Of a stretch of DNA of 64,000 nt, positions 31,209 through 44,200 are shown piece by piece. A program made the translations under genes and the position numbers. Origin of the DNA: Ostreococcus lucimarinus (taxonomy: Eukaryota). The DNA lies in NCBI GenBank assembly GCA_000092065.1, contig CP000582.1; one strand, 5' to 3'. The notes beneath the pieces are model-generated. The model ran no database searches. It was given only the letters and a program-made list of their open reading frames with translations, and had not been told where the DNA came from. Within the stretch, counting starts at the first letter, position 1. Each line of letters starts with the position of its first letter.

Positions 31209-34200
31209 TTACTTCGCTTTGACTTGTACTGATATGTTCATCGCCGCAAGCTCTGCCGTAAGATAAATGAAAACATGTGGAATGGAAATGCGTTCAAGTT
31301 TGTGTGCTGAATCACAGACCCGACAACTCGTTCTGCGAGACGAGTATTCGTCAGTACGGATAGACGCCACGCATGTCAAAGGGGCTATCAAGCTACCACA
31401 CATATTACAAACCCAAGCATCTCGATTATCTGAGCAGATATGCAACCTATCACGCAGCTGCTAAATGTGTTAGAGTTTACGACGGAATAAATCCAAACAA
31501 GCTCACCAAGTATGCTACACCATGGGCAAGGAGTGAATCGCGTTCCATTTCACCGAAACGTATACCACCACCTGACTTTCTTCCTTTGATCGGCTGCATC
31601 GTGAGAGGATTGTTTGGGCCAGTTGACCGCACTTGAAATTTATCGCTCACCTAGTTACTTGTAATGAGAGAACCATGAAAAGTATGAAAAAGACTCACCA
31701 TATGGCGCAGACGTTGGTAGTACACGAGACCAATAAAAATATCAACACTGAAGCTCTCACCTGTACAACCATTGACCAAACGTTCACTACCACAGAAATT
31801 GTAGCCACTTTCTCGAAGCAACTTGCCATATTCTTCTGTGGGTGAAATCTCCTTGTCACTATGCTTGAAAGGAGTTGCATCCGCAAAAATTCCTGTGCTA
31901 GCACCAGCTTTGGCAGCCAAACTCTCAACAAGCATACCAATAGTCATTCGCGACGGAAAGGCATGCGGATTGATGATAACGTCGGGTCGAAGACCTGTGC
32001 GGTCACTAAAAGGCATATCTTCTTCTGGCCACAGGAAGCTGAGAACGCCCTTTTGTCCATGACGACTGCTGAACTTATCCCCTATGACTGGATTTCTATC
32101 ATAACGAAGAGTAATAGCAGCACGTTTGTCATTCTTCGTCGCAGCCTGCTTAACAGACTGAGTTAGCACAACCTTATCTACTACCGCTGCGTCTGTTCCT
32201 CGAAGACGAATCGATCTACCCTTGGTTACACCATCTGAGCTGTGTAAATTTAGAAGTGTGTCGCCTGGCCGAACAATAGAGCCCAGCTGCACAGAGCCAG
32301 TACCGTCGAGCTGCTTATTTTCACTGGTATAGGTGTTATCCCTCCGACTTAATGTCTCATTTGCTGATATACCCTCAACAAGCGTTTTGTATAATGTGGC
32401 ATGTGCGAAACCGCGATGGAGCGAACCCTTGTTCACAATCATTGCGTCTTCCATGTCGTATCCAGTGTATGCAATGACGGCTACAACTGCATTTGTGCCA
32501 AGCGCATAATCGTCTAGCGAATATTTGTCGTAAGTGCATGTTAGTGCTAAGGGTCGCTGCGGAGTATGTAAACGGTAAAGTTTGGTATCACTCCGGTAGC
32601 AAATAGTGTGCATTGGTGTTCCCATCGTCTGCTTGGCCATCTGGCACTGATACATATTACGGGGACTCTGATTGAAGTCGGACCAAGGCGTTAAGCTTGC
32701 GACGCAGCTTAGCGCAGAAGTGTTTCTAATCTCTGCGTGCGTATATGATGCATTGTGACTTTCTACTTGATGTGCAGAAATAGAAAGGAAGGCTTGTTCA
32801 AGTGTACCGATGAACTCAACTTTCATGCTCTCTACTTGCTTCACTGGTCTCATCAACCTAGAAGGACCATAGAAAATATACAAACCTGGAAACAAACCAT
32901 GTTCACCACCGGGATGAATATAAGAGATTTCACTCATGCGCAAAACTGACGTTGTCAAGGTCACCTTAAACGCTCTCAGAGCAGAAATCACATGGGATGC
33001 ATTTTCTGCCGAGATATAGCCTACAAACGAACCTTCCAGCACGACTGGAACATGCGCGTATCCACAGTCATATTGTTCTACACTAATAAGAGCCCTATCC
33101 AGTACCGAGTGTATCTGCAGTAAACGCTTTTGTTGAAACACATGATCTGTGTCAGGCATGACAATTTCACACATCTCTGCCAAATGATTCAGTAAACCAC
33201 AAGGTGATCCATCTGGGGTATGTACTGGGCATAAGAAGCCCCATGATTCGGGTAAGAGCTTACGAACAGTTGTCGTGCGTAGTTCCATAAAATACGCTCC
33301 TCTATGTACGGAGCGAAAGTGTGAAATATACCTGAAGTAATTTAGCTTCTCTGCAACAATAGTAAAACCACTTGTTTGGCTTAAACCGAGCCCAGTTGGA
33401 CTAACTAAGTTCCCGGTGGCTAGGAAATATTCCACTACTTTCCCTACATCACTAGAGCCAGATTCATTGATGAGATGCGAAATAGTCTCCTCACTCCAGC
33501 TGCCCTGTGTGCGTCGAAGATGCGTCACTACCTTCTGGAAAGCTATCCGCACCTTCTCACGAATCATAGCTTGAAGGAGGAGGCCGGGCACCAGGACTTC
33601 TTGATTGACTAGCGAGTCCGGGTCGTCGGGACTACACCGACCCGTCACGATCGACAGAAGCTTACTCAACATGAGAATCAGCAACGACAATTTGTCACCA
33701 TTATGTTGAAGATGAACATAAATAAAATCTTCGAGAAAGCGCTCACCGACAGAAATATCACTTTCGTCAGAAGAAAGATCTAAAAGTGTACGAAAATGCT
33801 GTCCTAAGTAAGATAACGCACACATTTGCGTTCGTATTTGAAGTTCATGACATTCTCGTTGAAGTAGAGCCAAACGGTCCTCAATGAAGGTTTCATCAGT
33901 TCCAGCGCTTCGCAAATGCAGGCACACTTGCCGATACATCTCAGCGTCAGAGCATACTGCAAGTGCCCGTAATACTATGCCAGCTGGTATGAAAAACTCT
34001 TGTCGTCGATGCTGGAGAGCCAGACGTAGCGCACCGGTTCGCATATAGTGCAAGCGAACTATAGACGAGTGCTCATCCTCAGTGACACAGCGAATGACAG
34101 TAGCGAACTCAGAAAACAAAGGTGAGCGTTTCGTAAAAGCTCGTCGGCAGAGTCCAAGAATATGATGCCTCCGTTGTTGTATGATCATACGAATCATTCG

Positions 34201-34692
34201 TTCGATACCATTGATGATGAAATATCCTCCTGCTTCGTGTGCTTCTTCACCACGTGCCACTAGTTGTGCTGGAGAAAGTAGTGCGAGCGAGCAAACATCA
34301 GACTTGACCATCACTGGACAATCTCCGAGATTTACAACGCGTCTCTGCACATTTTCTCCATCTATTTGCCAACAAAACTGAACTGAGAGTGGCGCCTTGT
34401 AACTTTCACCTCCTTCACGACAACCTCTGGGCGTCTTTTGACTCTCCGTGCGTCCCGAAATGCGATGGCGAAATTTAAGTGACTCCAATTTCAAGTCCTC
34501 AAGCCATAGCATGAGTTCTGGACAGCCAGCCGATTGTTGGAACTTTTCAGGTTTCACACATCGCAATATCTGATCGAATCCCAGATTGGTGAGGTGATTA
34601 AACGAGTCTACGTGACAAGCAAACAACTTCTTTATTGGTACCTCGGAAGGAACCGAGTCGCCTGTTATTTCTGGCGAGTTTGCGTTACGCAT
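31209..34692 (-). CDS. RPA2: DNA-directed RNA polymerase I second-largest subunit (RPA2/A135), at least 3 exons
   Basis: The main exon is 34692..31699 ([10 protein letters not shown] at the N-terminus, [24 protein letters not shown]|GTGAGT). A 48-bp intron lies at 31651..31698. The next exon is 31650..31507 ([12 protein letters not shown]...[17 protein letters not shown]|GTGAGC). A 46-bp intron lies at 31461..31506. The last exon is 31460..31209 (QLRDRL..C-x2-C..C-x2-C zinc ribbon, [17 protein letters not shown]). The N-terminal HV(E/D)SFN and C-terminus fit Pol I better than Pol II or Pol III. Confidence 0.85.
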
Positions 34693-35082
34693 CCTCTTTC
34701 GCTACAGAACGATTGTCGAACTCGTGTAGGATGGTGTGGTGTATACGCAACAATCTTCCACGGCGTACAGAGGCGTTCAAGAAACGCATTCCAGCGTGCG
34801 TTCTTCCGCGTGTGTTCTGCCGCCGCCGCCTGCCCCTCACCTTCTCCTTTTGACGAACGACATGTGCCATTACCATGTGATATCTGATAGGGTTAATTGT
34901 ATCTGTAATAGTTAAAGTCTTTAAGTGTTGTTGAAATATAGACATCTATATTTGATGTCGAGATATAATACATGATTCCAGAGGACGATGTTCGCGAATA
35001 AAACGACAAAAGGTTTCTCGCCGGCAAACGTAGAAGCCTGGGGCTCACTTCGAGGTTCAAAGCTTCGAAAAGGGTACCGCTC

Positions 35083-36718
35083 ATGATCTCGCACGTTGGT
35101 TCCATTAGAAACTTCAAAGGTCTAAGTTGTAGCCGGTCGCAGCACAAGACTCATACGTCCAGGAAAAATCATTCCGCCAGTCGTTTATGCTCAAGACTCC
35201 AAAGCTCTTCTGGCGATATCAGCTCATCGAATTTCGTGCGGAAGCATATTTTAGATCTGCAACCATACACTCCTATTGTTCCCTTCGAAGTGCTTTCGGG
35301 TCAGTGCTTTTTGGAAGTTCCTCTCAATTCTTTGTCCTTAACTCGAGTCTAGAAAAACTCCAGCGCCCTATCACAGAAATAGTCAAACTAGATGCGAACG
35401 AAAATCCGTATGGTCCGCCGCCAGGTACTTGATTTTGACATCAGACATTCAGAAACGTTGAGTAATCCTCAGATGTGTACGATGCACTTCGGGACATCAA
35501 ATATCCTCACATATACCCGGATCCTGAGTCGAGACGGTTGCGAGCAGCACTCGTAAGTGGACCTAATTTACTTTGAAAAGATATACCGGTTTGATTTTCC
35601 ACTTCTTAGGCAGCCGAATGCGCAGTTCCGACAGAAAATTTATTAGTTGGTTGTGGTGCTGATGAGGTGGGACGATATCTGGCGATAAGTGCTATTTATA
35701 ACCCAATTCCATAGCTAATTGATTTACTGTTAAGAGTGGTTCTGGAGCCAGGTGATAAAATAATCAATACACCACCAACTTTTGGAATGTACTCTTTCGA
35801 TTGCAACATTAACGGTGCGTGAAACTAATGACTTATATTCACACTATGCTCAAAGCTACCCCAGCTGGTGACGTGATCGATATATGCCGTGGGCTCTCAT
35901 TCAAGATAGATGTCGAGGCGATTGAAGCTGCCGTGAAGACTCACAGCCCGAAGCTTCTGTTTCTGACATCTCCAAATAATCCAGACGGTAGTCTTATTGA
36001 GGAAGACGATCTCCTCCGCCTGCTTCGTCTTCCAATACTGGTCGTGCTGGATGAGGCATACATCGAATTCGCCAGTGCGAAGAGTTACATAACACAAGTG
36101 CCGAGCCGCAAGAACTTGATCGTTCTTCGAACTTTCAGTAAGCGGGCTGCGTTAGCAGGTGGATTGCTCAGATGTGTTTCGAATTTTTACTGACGCATAA
36201 TCACAGGTCTTCGGGTAGGCTACGGCGCTTTTCCGTCCGATCTGATCGAATATATATGGCGAGTAAAGCAACCATATAATGTGTCTGCTATCGCTGAGAC
36301 AGCTGCGCTGGCAGCGTTGTCAAATCCTTCTTACTTGCAGGTACGAGTCATCGATCGACGCAAATGATAGTTTTGACATGTTAGTTCAGGAAGTACGCGA
36401 TAAAATTGTGTTCGAGAGGGCTCGGATGTTTGGGTTACTATCTGAGTTCGACTTTCTTGAACCGTTTACATCAGAATCGAATTTTATTCTTTGCAGGTGA
36501 GCAGTTGCTTACTTCAGCGCGCAAAACTTGTTGTAATTTTTTGTCCCAGGGTCAAAAGAATGAGCGCCGAGTACGTGAAAGCATGTTTGCTTGAACGCGG
36601 TGTTGTCATTAGGCACTACTCTTCTCCGAAAGAAATCGCCGACTGCATACGGATTTCAGTTGGTAGACCAGAAGATACAGATGCAGTGGTGTCCGCACTA
36701 GCTTCAATCAAACTTTGA
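35083..36718 (+). CDS. HPA1: Histidinol-phosphate aminotransferase (HisC/HPA1, class II aminotransferase), about 10 short exons
   Basis: The exon peptides are [21 protein letters not shown]; then [26 protein letters not shown]; then [27 protein letters not shown]; then [19 protein letters not shown]; then [26 protein letters not shown]; then ...[13 protein letters not shown]...[12 protein letters not shown]...[15 protein letters not shown]; then [26 protein letters not shown]; then [24 protein letters not shown]; then [23 protein letters not shown]...[10 protein letters not shown] ending at 36718. It is near-identical in its motifs to plant HPA1. Confidence 0.85.
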
Positions 36719-37266
36719 TTGAATAGGAGTAAGAGGACCGTAGAATATTAAAATATCTCTGAAAGACGAAAGTATTTAAACACAATTCACTTCCTTCGTT
36801 CGCCTATGTTTGTCCTAATGAACTTTTTAGAGCTGAGTTAGTTTTATAGAGAAGTCACCACCTTGAACTGTGCTTGGCGGAGACGAAACACGCTTTGAGG
36901 TATCTTATAGCACGGATCTTTTGCTATCCTCTGCCTGTGATATTTTAACTGCATTATGGCGGTCTGAAACAAACATGGAAAACCTCCTTCATGAGTATCG
37001 TAAAAAAATCGCACCTCTATGCAACTGGCGTCTGTACTGTCACCTGTACTGTCATCTGTGAGCTTCTCTAGTGCATCAATGAGGTTGTCTAAACTCTTCA
37101 ACTACGGCTTATTCATACGGCATATTCGACATGTACAAGGTTTAAAGTACCTGTCGGTGCGGCCAGCGATGTATACCGTATTGTCGACACCTCTTTTTAA
37201 GAGCAGTCGTCCCCATTCCCAACTCTTTTGCGGCGTCTTCAATTTTGAGAACGGCATACATACTTA

Positions 37267-37788
37267 TCAATTGCTACCTATTTCTGAGTGAAGTGAATCG
37301 GTGATACGACATCGTTGCGCACCTGCTTGGATGTCATTTGATGCGTGATATCTCCACGCCTCGTAGTGTTCCTCGCAGTATTCCTTTCGATCTCCTCGAA
37401 GCATTTCGTAACGCTCGGCGAGCGTTACACGAGCGTCGCTCGCGTAAACGCTTGAAGCTCTATCATGGTCCGGATATACTTTCGGTCTGATAACCGGATA
37501 ATTTTCATTGTACAATTGTAGGATTAATACGTGCGTGCTTACAGCTACATCCTGATGGAACATACGATAGCAATAATTGCGCGTCCAATGCTTCGAGCCG
37601 TATAATCGGGCGAAACACCAGGCAGTCAAATCGACTGGTTCGGACACTTCAGCACTTGTAACCCGATCCTCACACAGCCCGTCGACCTCAAAATACCGCT
37701 CAAAATAACGAGAGGGGTGCGCGAAAACCTGCAGCATAGTAAAAGGAACTGAACGAATCTCGACATGCTGGCACAGAAGTTCGCACAT
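37267..37788 (-). CDS. Conserved-looking hypothetical protein (173 aa, Cys/Tyr/Trp-rich)
   Basis: The ORF is only 173 aa and has no recognisable family. Its 5' end overlaps the OLA1 start by 24 bp. An internal Met at 37737 would remove the overlap. Confidence 0.3.
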   Translation of the reverse strand: MCELLCQHVEIRSVPFTMLQVFAHPSRYFERYFEVDGLCEDRVTSAEVSEPVDLTAWCFARLYGSKHWTRNYCYRMFHQDVAVSTHVLILQLYNENYPVIRPKVYPDHDRASSVYASDARVTLAERYEMLRGDRKEYCEEHYEAWRYHASNDIQAGAQRCRITDSLHSEIGSN

Positions 37789-39024
37789 ACAACGTTGAGA
37801 AGTTCGGTGGCGCTTCGAGGTGACGGCTGGTTCTTAAGCGGCAAGTTAACCCTTCGTACGAAAAGTTTTGGCCCTGCACGCTCACGCACTTTGCACTCAA
37901 ACTGCCGAGCATCCCTAAAAACTGGTATAGTTGGACTTCCCAACGTCGGCAAGAGTACACTTTTCAACGCATTGGTCGAGAACAGTCGAGCGCAGGCAGC
38001 TAACTTCCCCTTTTGTACAATCGAGCCTAACTTTGGGACTGTGCCGGTGTTGGACGGCCGCCTAGATGTTTTGGCCCGGATATCAGGAACGAAAAATATT
38101 GTGCCAACTGCGGTCGAGATCGTCGACATCGCCGGACTCGTGGAAGGAGCGTCAGAAGGCCAAGGTTTGGGTAACAAATTCCTTGCAAACATTCGCGAGT
38201 GCGACGCCATCATTCACGTCGTGCGTTGTTTTGATGATGATAACATTGTTCACGTGAACGGAAGTGTTGATCCGAAGAGAGATGCAGCAATCATAAATTC
38301 AGAGCTTGCATTGTCTGATATGAGCCAGATTCAAAAACGCATAGATAAAGTGCGTAAAAGTAAAGGCAAGGTGCACATCGATGGGCAGACGGCTGAAACT
38401 GAGATTGAAATACTTTCAAACATTCTTACGCAGCTTGAAGACGGTAAACAAGTAAGACAACTCAAACTTAACGAAGACGAACTTTTCGTAATTAAAGAAC
38501 TCAATCTCTTGACGGCAAAACCTTGTATATATGCTGCCAACCTACCAGAAGGTGATCTTCCAACAAATGGGGCTACTAACGTCCATTTCCAGGCCTTATC
38601 CAAGCTTGCGACCGACTCAGAAGCTGGACTTTGCGCTGTTTCGGCACAGGTTGCCGCAGAGTTGAAAGATTTAACGCAAGAAGAGCGCGATGACTTTCTT
38701 TCTTGCATCGGAGTGGAGAGTGATGGCACAAAAGAACTAATTGAAGTCGCGTATAGGCAACTCAACTTGCTGACATATTTTACAACAGGCGAAAAAGAAA
38801 CGCGCGCGTGGACGATAAAGAGAGGCTTTACGGCTCCACAAGCAGCAGCTGTAATACATACAGATTTCGAAAAAGGGTTCATAAAGGCTGAGACGGTTCA
38901 TTATGATGACTTTGTGACAAGTGGAGGATTTGCAGGGGCCAAAGAAAAGGGAGTTTGGCAACTGGAAGGCAAAGACTACGTTGTTCAGGAAGGTGATGTG
39001 ATAGTTTTCAAGGTCAACGCATAG
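37765..39024 (+). CDS. ychF: Obg-like ATPase OLA1/YchF with an N-terminal organellar-targeting-like extension
   Basis: The G1 motif is GIVGLPNVGKSTLFNAL. The YchF-specific box is FCTIEPN. The G3 motif is DIAGLV. G4 appears as NxxE-type. The C-terminus has a TGS domain (YFTTGEKETRAWTIKRGFTAPQAAAVIHTDFEKGFIKAE). Confidence 0.9.
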   Translation: MLAQKFAHTTLRSSVALRGDGWFLSGKLTLRTKSFGPARSRTLHSNCRASLKTGIVGLPNVGKSTLFNALVENSRAQAANFPFCTIEPNFGTVPVLDGRLDVLARISGTKNIVPTAVEIVDIAGLVEGASEGQGLGNKFLANIRECDAIIHVVRCFDDDNIVHVNGSVDPKRDAAIINSELALSDMSQIQKRIDKVRKSKGKVHIDGQTAETEIEILSNILTQLEDGKQVRQLKLNEDELFVIKELNLLTAKPCIYAANLPEGDLPTNGATNVHFQALSKLATDSEAGLCAVSAQVAAELKDLTQEERDDFLSCIGVESDGTKELIEVAYRQLNLLTYFTTGEKETRAWTIKRGFTAPQAAAVIHTDFEKGFIKAETVHYDDFVTSGGFAGAKEKGVWQLEGKDYVVQEGDVIVFKVNA

Positions 39025-39032
39025 CTTAGCTA

Positions 39033-40756
39033 CTAGTTCAAGTCACTAGAATTTATAATCGATCCATCTGTGCCCATGACCAATGTTCTTGGCACCCAGC
39101 CACGACCGTAGTCATCGCAACCTAAATCGCGCAGTGCCGCACTTCCAACATCAATACATGACCTCGGATGCAAAGCCTTCAGGTCGTGGAGTTGAGCTGT
39201 CACATTATTGGCCACGAGATAATCCTAGTATATGCTACTTTTAAAAAATAAGAAGGTAAAACAATGATGTTCATACCCTGGTATCCTGATTTCTAACCGC
39301 AATATTCCTGATGAGAATACAGCATTGACGAAGAACTTTACCACAAGTTTCCTGTGGCATCAACTCTAACAGCTGATCGACCCCACCATTTGCTCTCAAT
39401 TCATTAGAAACTTCTACATTCCGAAGCGCCAAAGCCGCCAAAATACTGATCGAGTTCTCACGCACTGAACTTACTGGGGTAATTTACACTCAGATACAAT
39501 GCGATAGAGTAGTAAACCGCTCACCTTCGCACGTCATTAAGGAGACAAAAGTTTTGATAACGTCGAACTTTAGCAGGATTTCTTTGCGCGAGTCGGACAA
39601 TATAAGGCGCCGAACGCATCTGCAGCAATGGTTCAGTAATACTGCGTCCCTTCGACGAGATATTATTGCCTGTGTGGACATGACAAAATTTGACATCGAC
39701 ACAACATCAAATTCACATACCAGTAAACTACTTAAAACATCTTCTGGCACGCTCCTACATATCTTCTCGCTTGTCAACAGGTGAGAAAACTGCATATGCT
39801 GTGAAACAAGATTCTTGCATAGGGAAGCTTTACTTACTAGCTTGAATAAGACCACAGATGTCTCAAGCTGACTCGACTGTACTTGTTGGAGAATAGCTGC
39901 GGTTCCTCAGATTGCTGATTTCACAGGGACGGAAATTACTACATACCGTCATTAACTTTCGCCAACAATCCATGCTCGTGTAATATAAGCGCATGTCTAT
40001 ATTTATTGCTTGTTGAACTCTCTCTGTCATCGTCGATTAAAATCGCGGAGAAGAGTTCACAAATCGCCCGCATCAAGACTACATCAGAGGCACCAAATGC
40101 TTCAGTGAGGATGGTGAGCGTGCGCTCCTGGCATCTCTTGAGTCTTGTTCAATGAAGAGCGAAAAGTAACGTACGGTCTTCATCAAAATTATTTTCGCAT
40201 CACCGTGCTCCTTCGTGACACTTGCTAAGAAAGAGCACAAGGAAGTCGACAACGTTCGGCATTCCAGTAAAGTGAGGAATGCGGCACTTTTCAAGACTAG
40301 ACGTCGGTTCTCGTGTATGATCATCATCGCTGTGTAGGTACGAATGAGACAAAAAATACGAAAAAAACTTTTACACGCACCTGTTAAACAATTTAGAGCG
40401 CGGTCGCGTAGTGTTTGAGCCAAAGTTGTTTTGCAGCAAAATTTTAGAAGAATTTCTATGATTTCTCTTTGACCAGCAGTGCAAGCGAAGTCGACGATGT
40501 TTGGACGGAAAACAGACTGATCTGACAAATATGATTCGAATGAGACGATCGCAGACGTGAGCTTGTCTTCTTCACTATTTCCCCAGGTTTCATCTTCTAT
40601 CTCAGCAAGAGGACAGATCGAAGTCAGAAAAGTTTGCACAACTGCTGTGAAAGTATTGCAGTTGACTTGTGATAAGCTTGTCGCAATGCTTGAAATATCG
40701 AAGCCCTGCAAGGCAAACTCCTCTCTAGCTTCAATCTGGGCTGTAGTCGCATCCAT
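39033..40756 (-). CDS. Multi-exon gene, probable armadillo/HEAT-repeat protein (ORFs 40079..40756, 39490..39855, 39271..39465, 39033..39215)
   Basis: Several same-strand helical-repeat-like ORFs sit together (e.g. LLELMPQETCGKVLRQCCILIRNIAVRNQDTRV). The family is not assigned and the exon joins are not resolved. Confidence 0.35.
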
Positions 40757-41200
40757 TCCGAAGTTTTCTACGTACGAAGTAACAGCTTCATCGTATGCTT
40801 CCTGTAGGTCGGTTGAACAAAATACCCAAAAACAGGCTCATGACCGACCTGTGAGAGACGCATCACATTCGGTCGCTTTCGCTAGATTTAAGACTATTGC
40901 TCGCGACCTAGGTGAAAACGTAACAGTTGAAACTCACCGCGCGCGCTGGATTTTTGTTAAACTTGAAACTGTGCGTCTTCAAACTAGGGCGCTCGGCGCT
41001 TCGCCGTCCAGTTTGTCTTTGCACCACTCTGCAGTCTCGTCTCCCGCTTTCTAGCCTTCATACGCTCTAAGATAAATAAAGTTCAGTCGACAATTTGACA
41101 GATGAAACCACTCCGCGAAAACAGAAAACCGAAGCAGTTACCCATAGTCGCTGGACTACTTCGTGTCGGGGGACGCTGTGCTCACCAAGGACGGCAGTAA

Positions 41201-44200
41201 ATGTCGAACACAGATGATCGCTTTGCATCTCTCATGCAAATTTCACGCGATGACCCCAGTAATTCAGATGATTACTTTTGGGTGCGCTTGAGTGCCGCGG
41301 AAAGCTCGGCGCTCAGTGTCGATCCGTTGACCCTTCAGAACGAGATACATGCGGATCATGCGATGGTCAATGGGCTTTTGCTGAATGCAGACACAAATTT
41401 CATAGAAGCACAGCGATTAAGCATCGGTTCCTGGTCCAGAAAAGAGTTGAGAACGAACACGAAGATCACGTACCAACTACCGAAATCGGATTTACTTGCA
41501 GAAAATCTCGAAGGTTATGCACGAGCGCTGTCAACACTTAGAATGGATTCGCTCACGACGTCAGGAAGACGTCACTCGAAATTGATCGTCGAAAGCCACA
41601 CTCTTATGGGCCTTTTCAAGCTAAACCCTCTCCGGGTGTTCGATTTAGTCTTTGACTCAGTCAGAGAACTTGCTGACTCCAAACACGGCGATGCTTTTGC
41701 AACATCGTTGGAATCTAGTACTCATTTAAGCGATATAATAGGGTTTCGCTTGACAAGGTGCGCCGATTTCAAACGACGACACAAAATCGCCCAGTTCGAG
41801 CTGAAAATCGCTGCTGAAAAAGAGAACACTGAAATCGGTAGACTGTATCCTTACCTGCTCCCAGTTGACCGATCTCTGTATGATAAAGCCCGAAGCTTGC
41901 AAGGTGTATCGCCCGTAGACGAGTTATACTCTGATGAGCCAAAGTTTTTGTTTCTGGAATCGACTGGAAGTAAAGCCGGTTTGTTGCCTATTCAAGCGTC
42001 GGTCGAAAGGATCATCAGACTGGGTTGTGGTACTCATGCCCTGCCGAAACTTCGGGCGAAAATGTGTGAGCAACTTAAAAAGAGAATACATGACGAGAAG
42101 GAAAAACATGACGAGAACCAGAAATTGGAATCTATTCTCCGCATCGTCTTCTTTCTTGGACCAAATGTATGCTGTGATGCAGCTCTAACGACTGAACTTC
42201 TTAAGTACTTCCAAAGAGTTGTCGCGAATAAAAGAGAGCATTTGAAATTGATCGAACCTGCTATTGCAAAGTGTTTGCTACCAGGATTACCACTTCTGAG
42301 GCCGAATCCTTTAATATGTGAATACATCTGGAAAGTTGTCCATCAACTTCCGCTTGCATCACGCGGAAAAATATACAAACACGCCATGTTTGTCACGTGT
42401 AGCACTCGACTGACTCAGATAAAGAGTTCAGCCGATAAATCAATAATGAGGATCTTACGAAGATTGTCAAATCAAAATGCAAAAGAGCTCGGCCGTAAAC
42501 TTGGTAAGCTCGCACTTTGTCACCCTTTAACGGTGACGAAAGCAGTACTGCAACAGGTTCAGGCGTATCCAAACATGATTGCACCGATCGTGCAAGCTTT
42601 GAAATACTGCACCGCACTAACTTTCGATACTTTGACCTTTTCTGTCCTCGAACATTTTACCGAGACAAAATCCAAACTCAAAGAAGATGGCCAAAACTTT
42701 TCGCTATGGTTTTCTGCTTTGTGTTCTTTTTCTGGAACATTGCTCAGACAATACCATGACATTGAACTTAATGACCTATTGCGGTACATTTTGAAAAAAT
42801 TAGACGAAGGTGAAGTGTTGGATTTATTGATATTAAAGGATCTTATATCGAAATTGACTGGTATCGAAATCTTGAAGGATGTCAGTTCGCTTGAGATTCA
42901 AAGAATGGCGGCTGGAGAAAAACTTCGAGGACTTCACGAGAACTCTACGAGCACTGACTCAAAACGACGGATGAAAGGAATTTTGCGTTTACGCACAGCA
43001 ATTGAAGGGTCGGACGCTTCGAAGAGTATGATGCTTCGATTACTATTAGCAATAGCGAAATGTCGCCAACGAATTGTTCTGAAGACGGCAAGTGCTCAAA
43101 TGAAATTTTTGGGTCAACTTTTTGATGAATGTCACGTTGTTCTATTGCAGTATATTTCGTTTCTTCACACAGCTTACAGTGTAGCAGAGCTCAAGAACTC
43201 GCTGCCAGAGATCCAATCTCTTCTGTGTGAACACCAACTTGATGCTGCTGTCGTTTTCCATTTGTATCGTCCAATTCTTCGGCAAACACTATTTTCATCT
43301 CTGGATACAAGCAGCTCCCTTGCTGAAAGTCACAATCAATACTGGAAGAAACTAAGCAGAGATGTTAAGGCAAGTCTCCATTCTGACGAGCTTTGGGGAT
43401 TGGTATCGCCAGAATTCTACCTCACTTTTTGGTCGCTCAATCTCGAGGATGTTTACGTACCCAAAGAGCTGTATGCAAAAGCGCGCGCGCGGACTGTGAA
43501 ATATGGTTCAACTGCATCGTCAACGTTTGATCAAGTTACTCAATTGCCTAGTAATGTTGTTCACGACGAACTGGCCGAGAGTTTAAACGTAGAGCTGCAA
43601 CAACTTATTGAACATGTTTCCAGAGGTACACAGTGTATTCTGAGAAAGAACTCAACCTGGGTGCAGACTGCGGATAATTTGTCTCCTGCGAGTGTCATTT
43701 TGGAAACATGTGTACTACCAAGGTGCAAAATCTCACACGCTGATGCGTTGTATTGCTCAAATTTTGTGGAGCTTGTTGGTCGAAGTGACACAGATTCCTT
43801 CAGTTTTATTCAGTATTACGATACACTATTCCGTAACGTATCATATCTCATCTATGCTTGCAGTGAATTTGAAAACAAATTTTTTGCTACTTTCTTGACG
43901 AGTGGTATGGCTCAGCTCACACGTTGGAGAGCGTGTGATGTATATAAGAGAGAGTGCTGGCAGCGCTCTGAATTTCGTAATTGCTTGAATCAGAGCAGTG
44001 TCGAAGCAAGTTTCAAAGACTACTTGAGGGTTCTGTACAAATGGGAGCATAGGTTGACGAAAGGCATCCTGCGTAATCTACAGAACGAAGACTACATGGA
44101 AGTCGCCAATTCGTTGAGCTCTCTAATAGCAATCGTTGATACATTTCCTGTCACTGAACTTTTAGGCAACTATATCTACAGCCAAGTCAAAAGAATCAGT

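Noticed and set aside
31633-31940. Plus- and minus-strand small ORFs at the 3' end of RPA2 (31633..31845, 31695..31940)
   Set aside because: They overlap RPA2 exons and introns that the spliced Pol I model fully explains (RLRHM|intron|[12 protein letters not shown]...).
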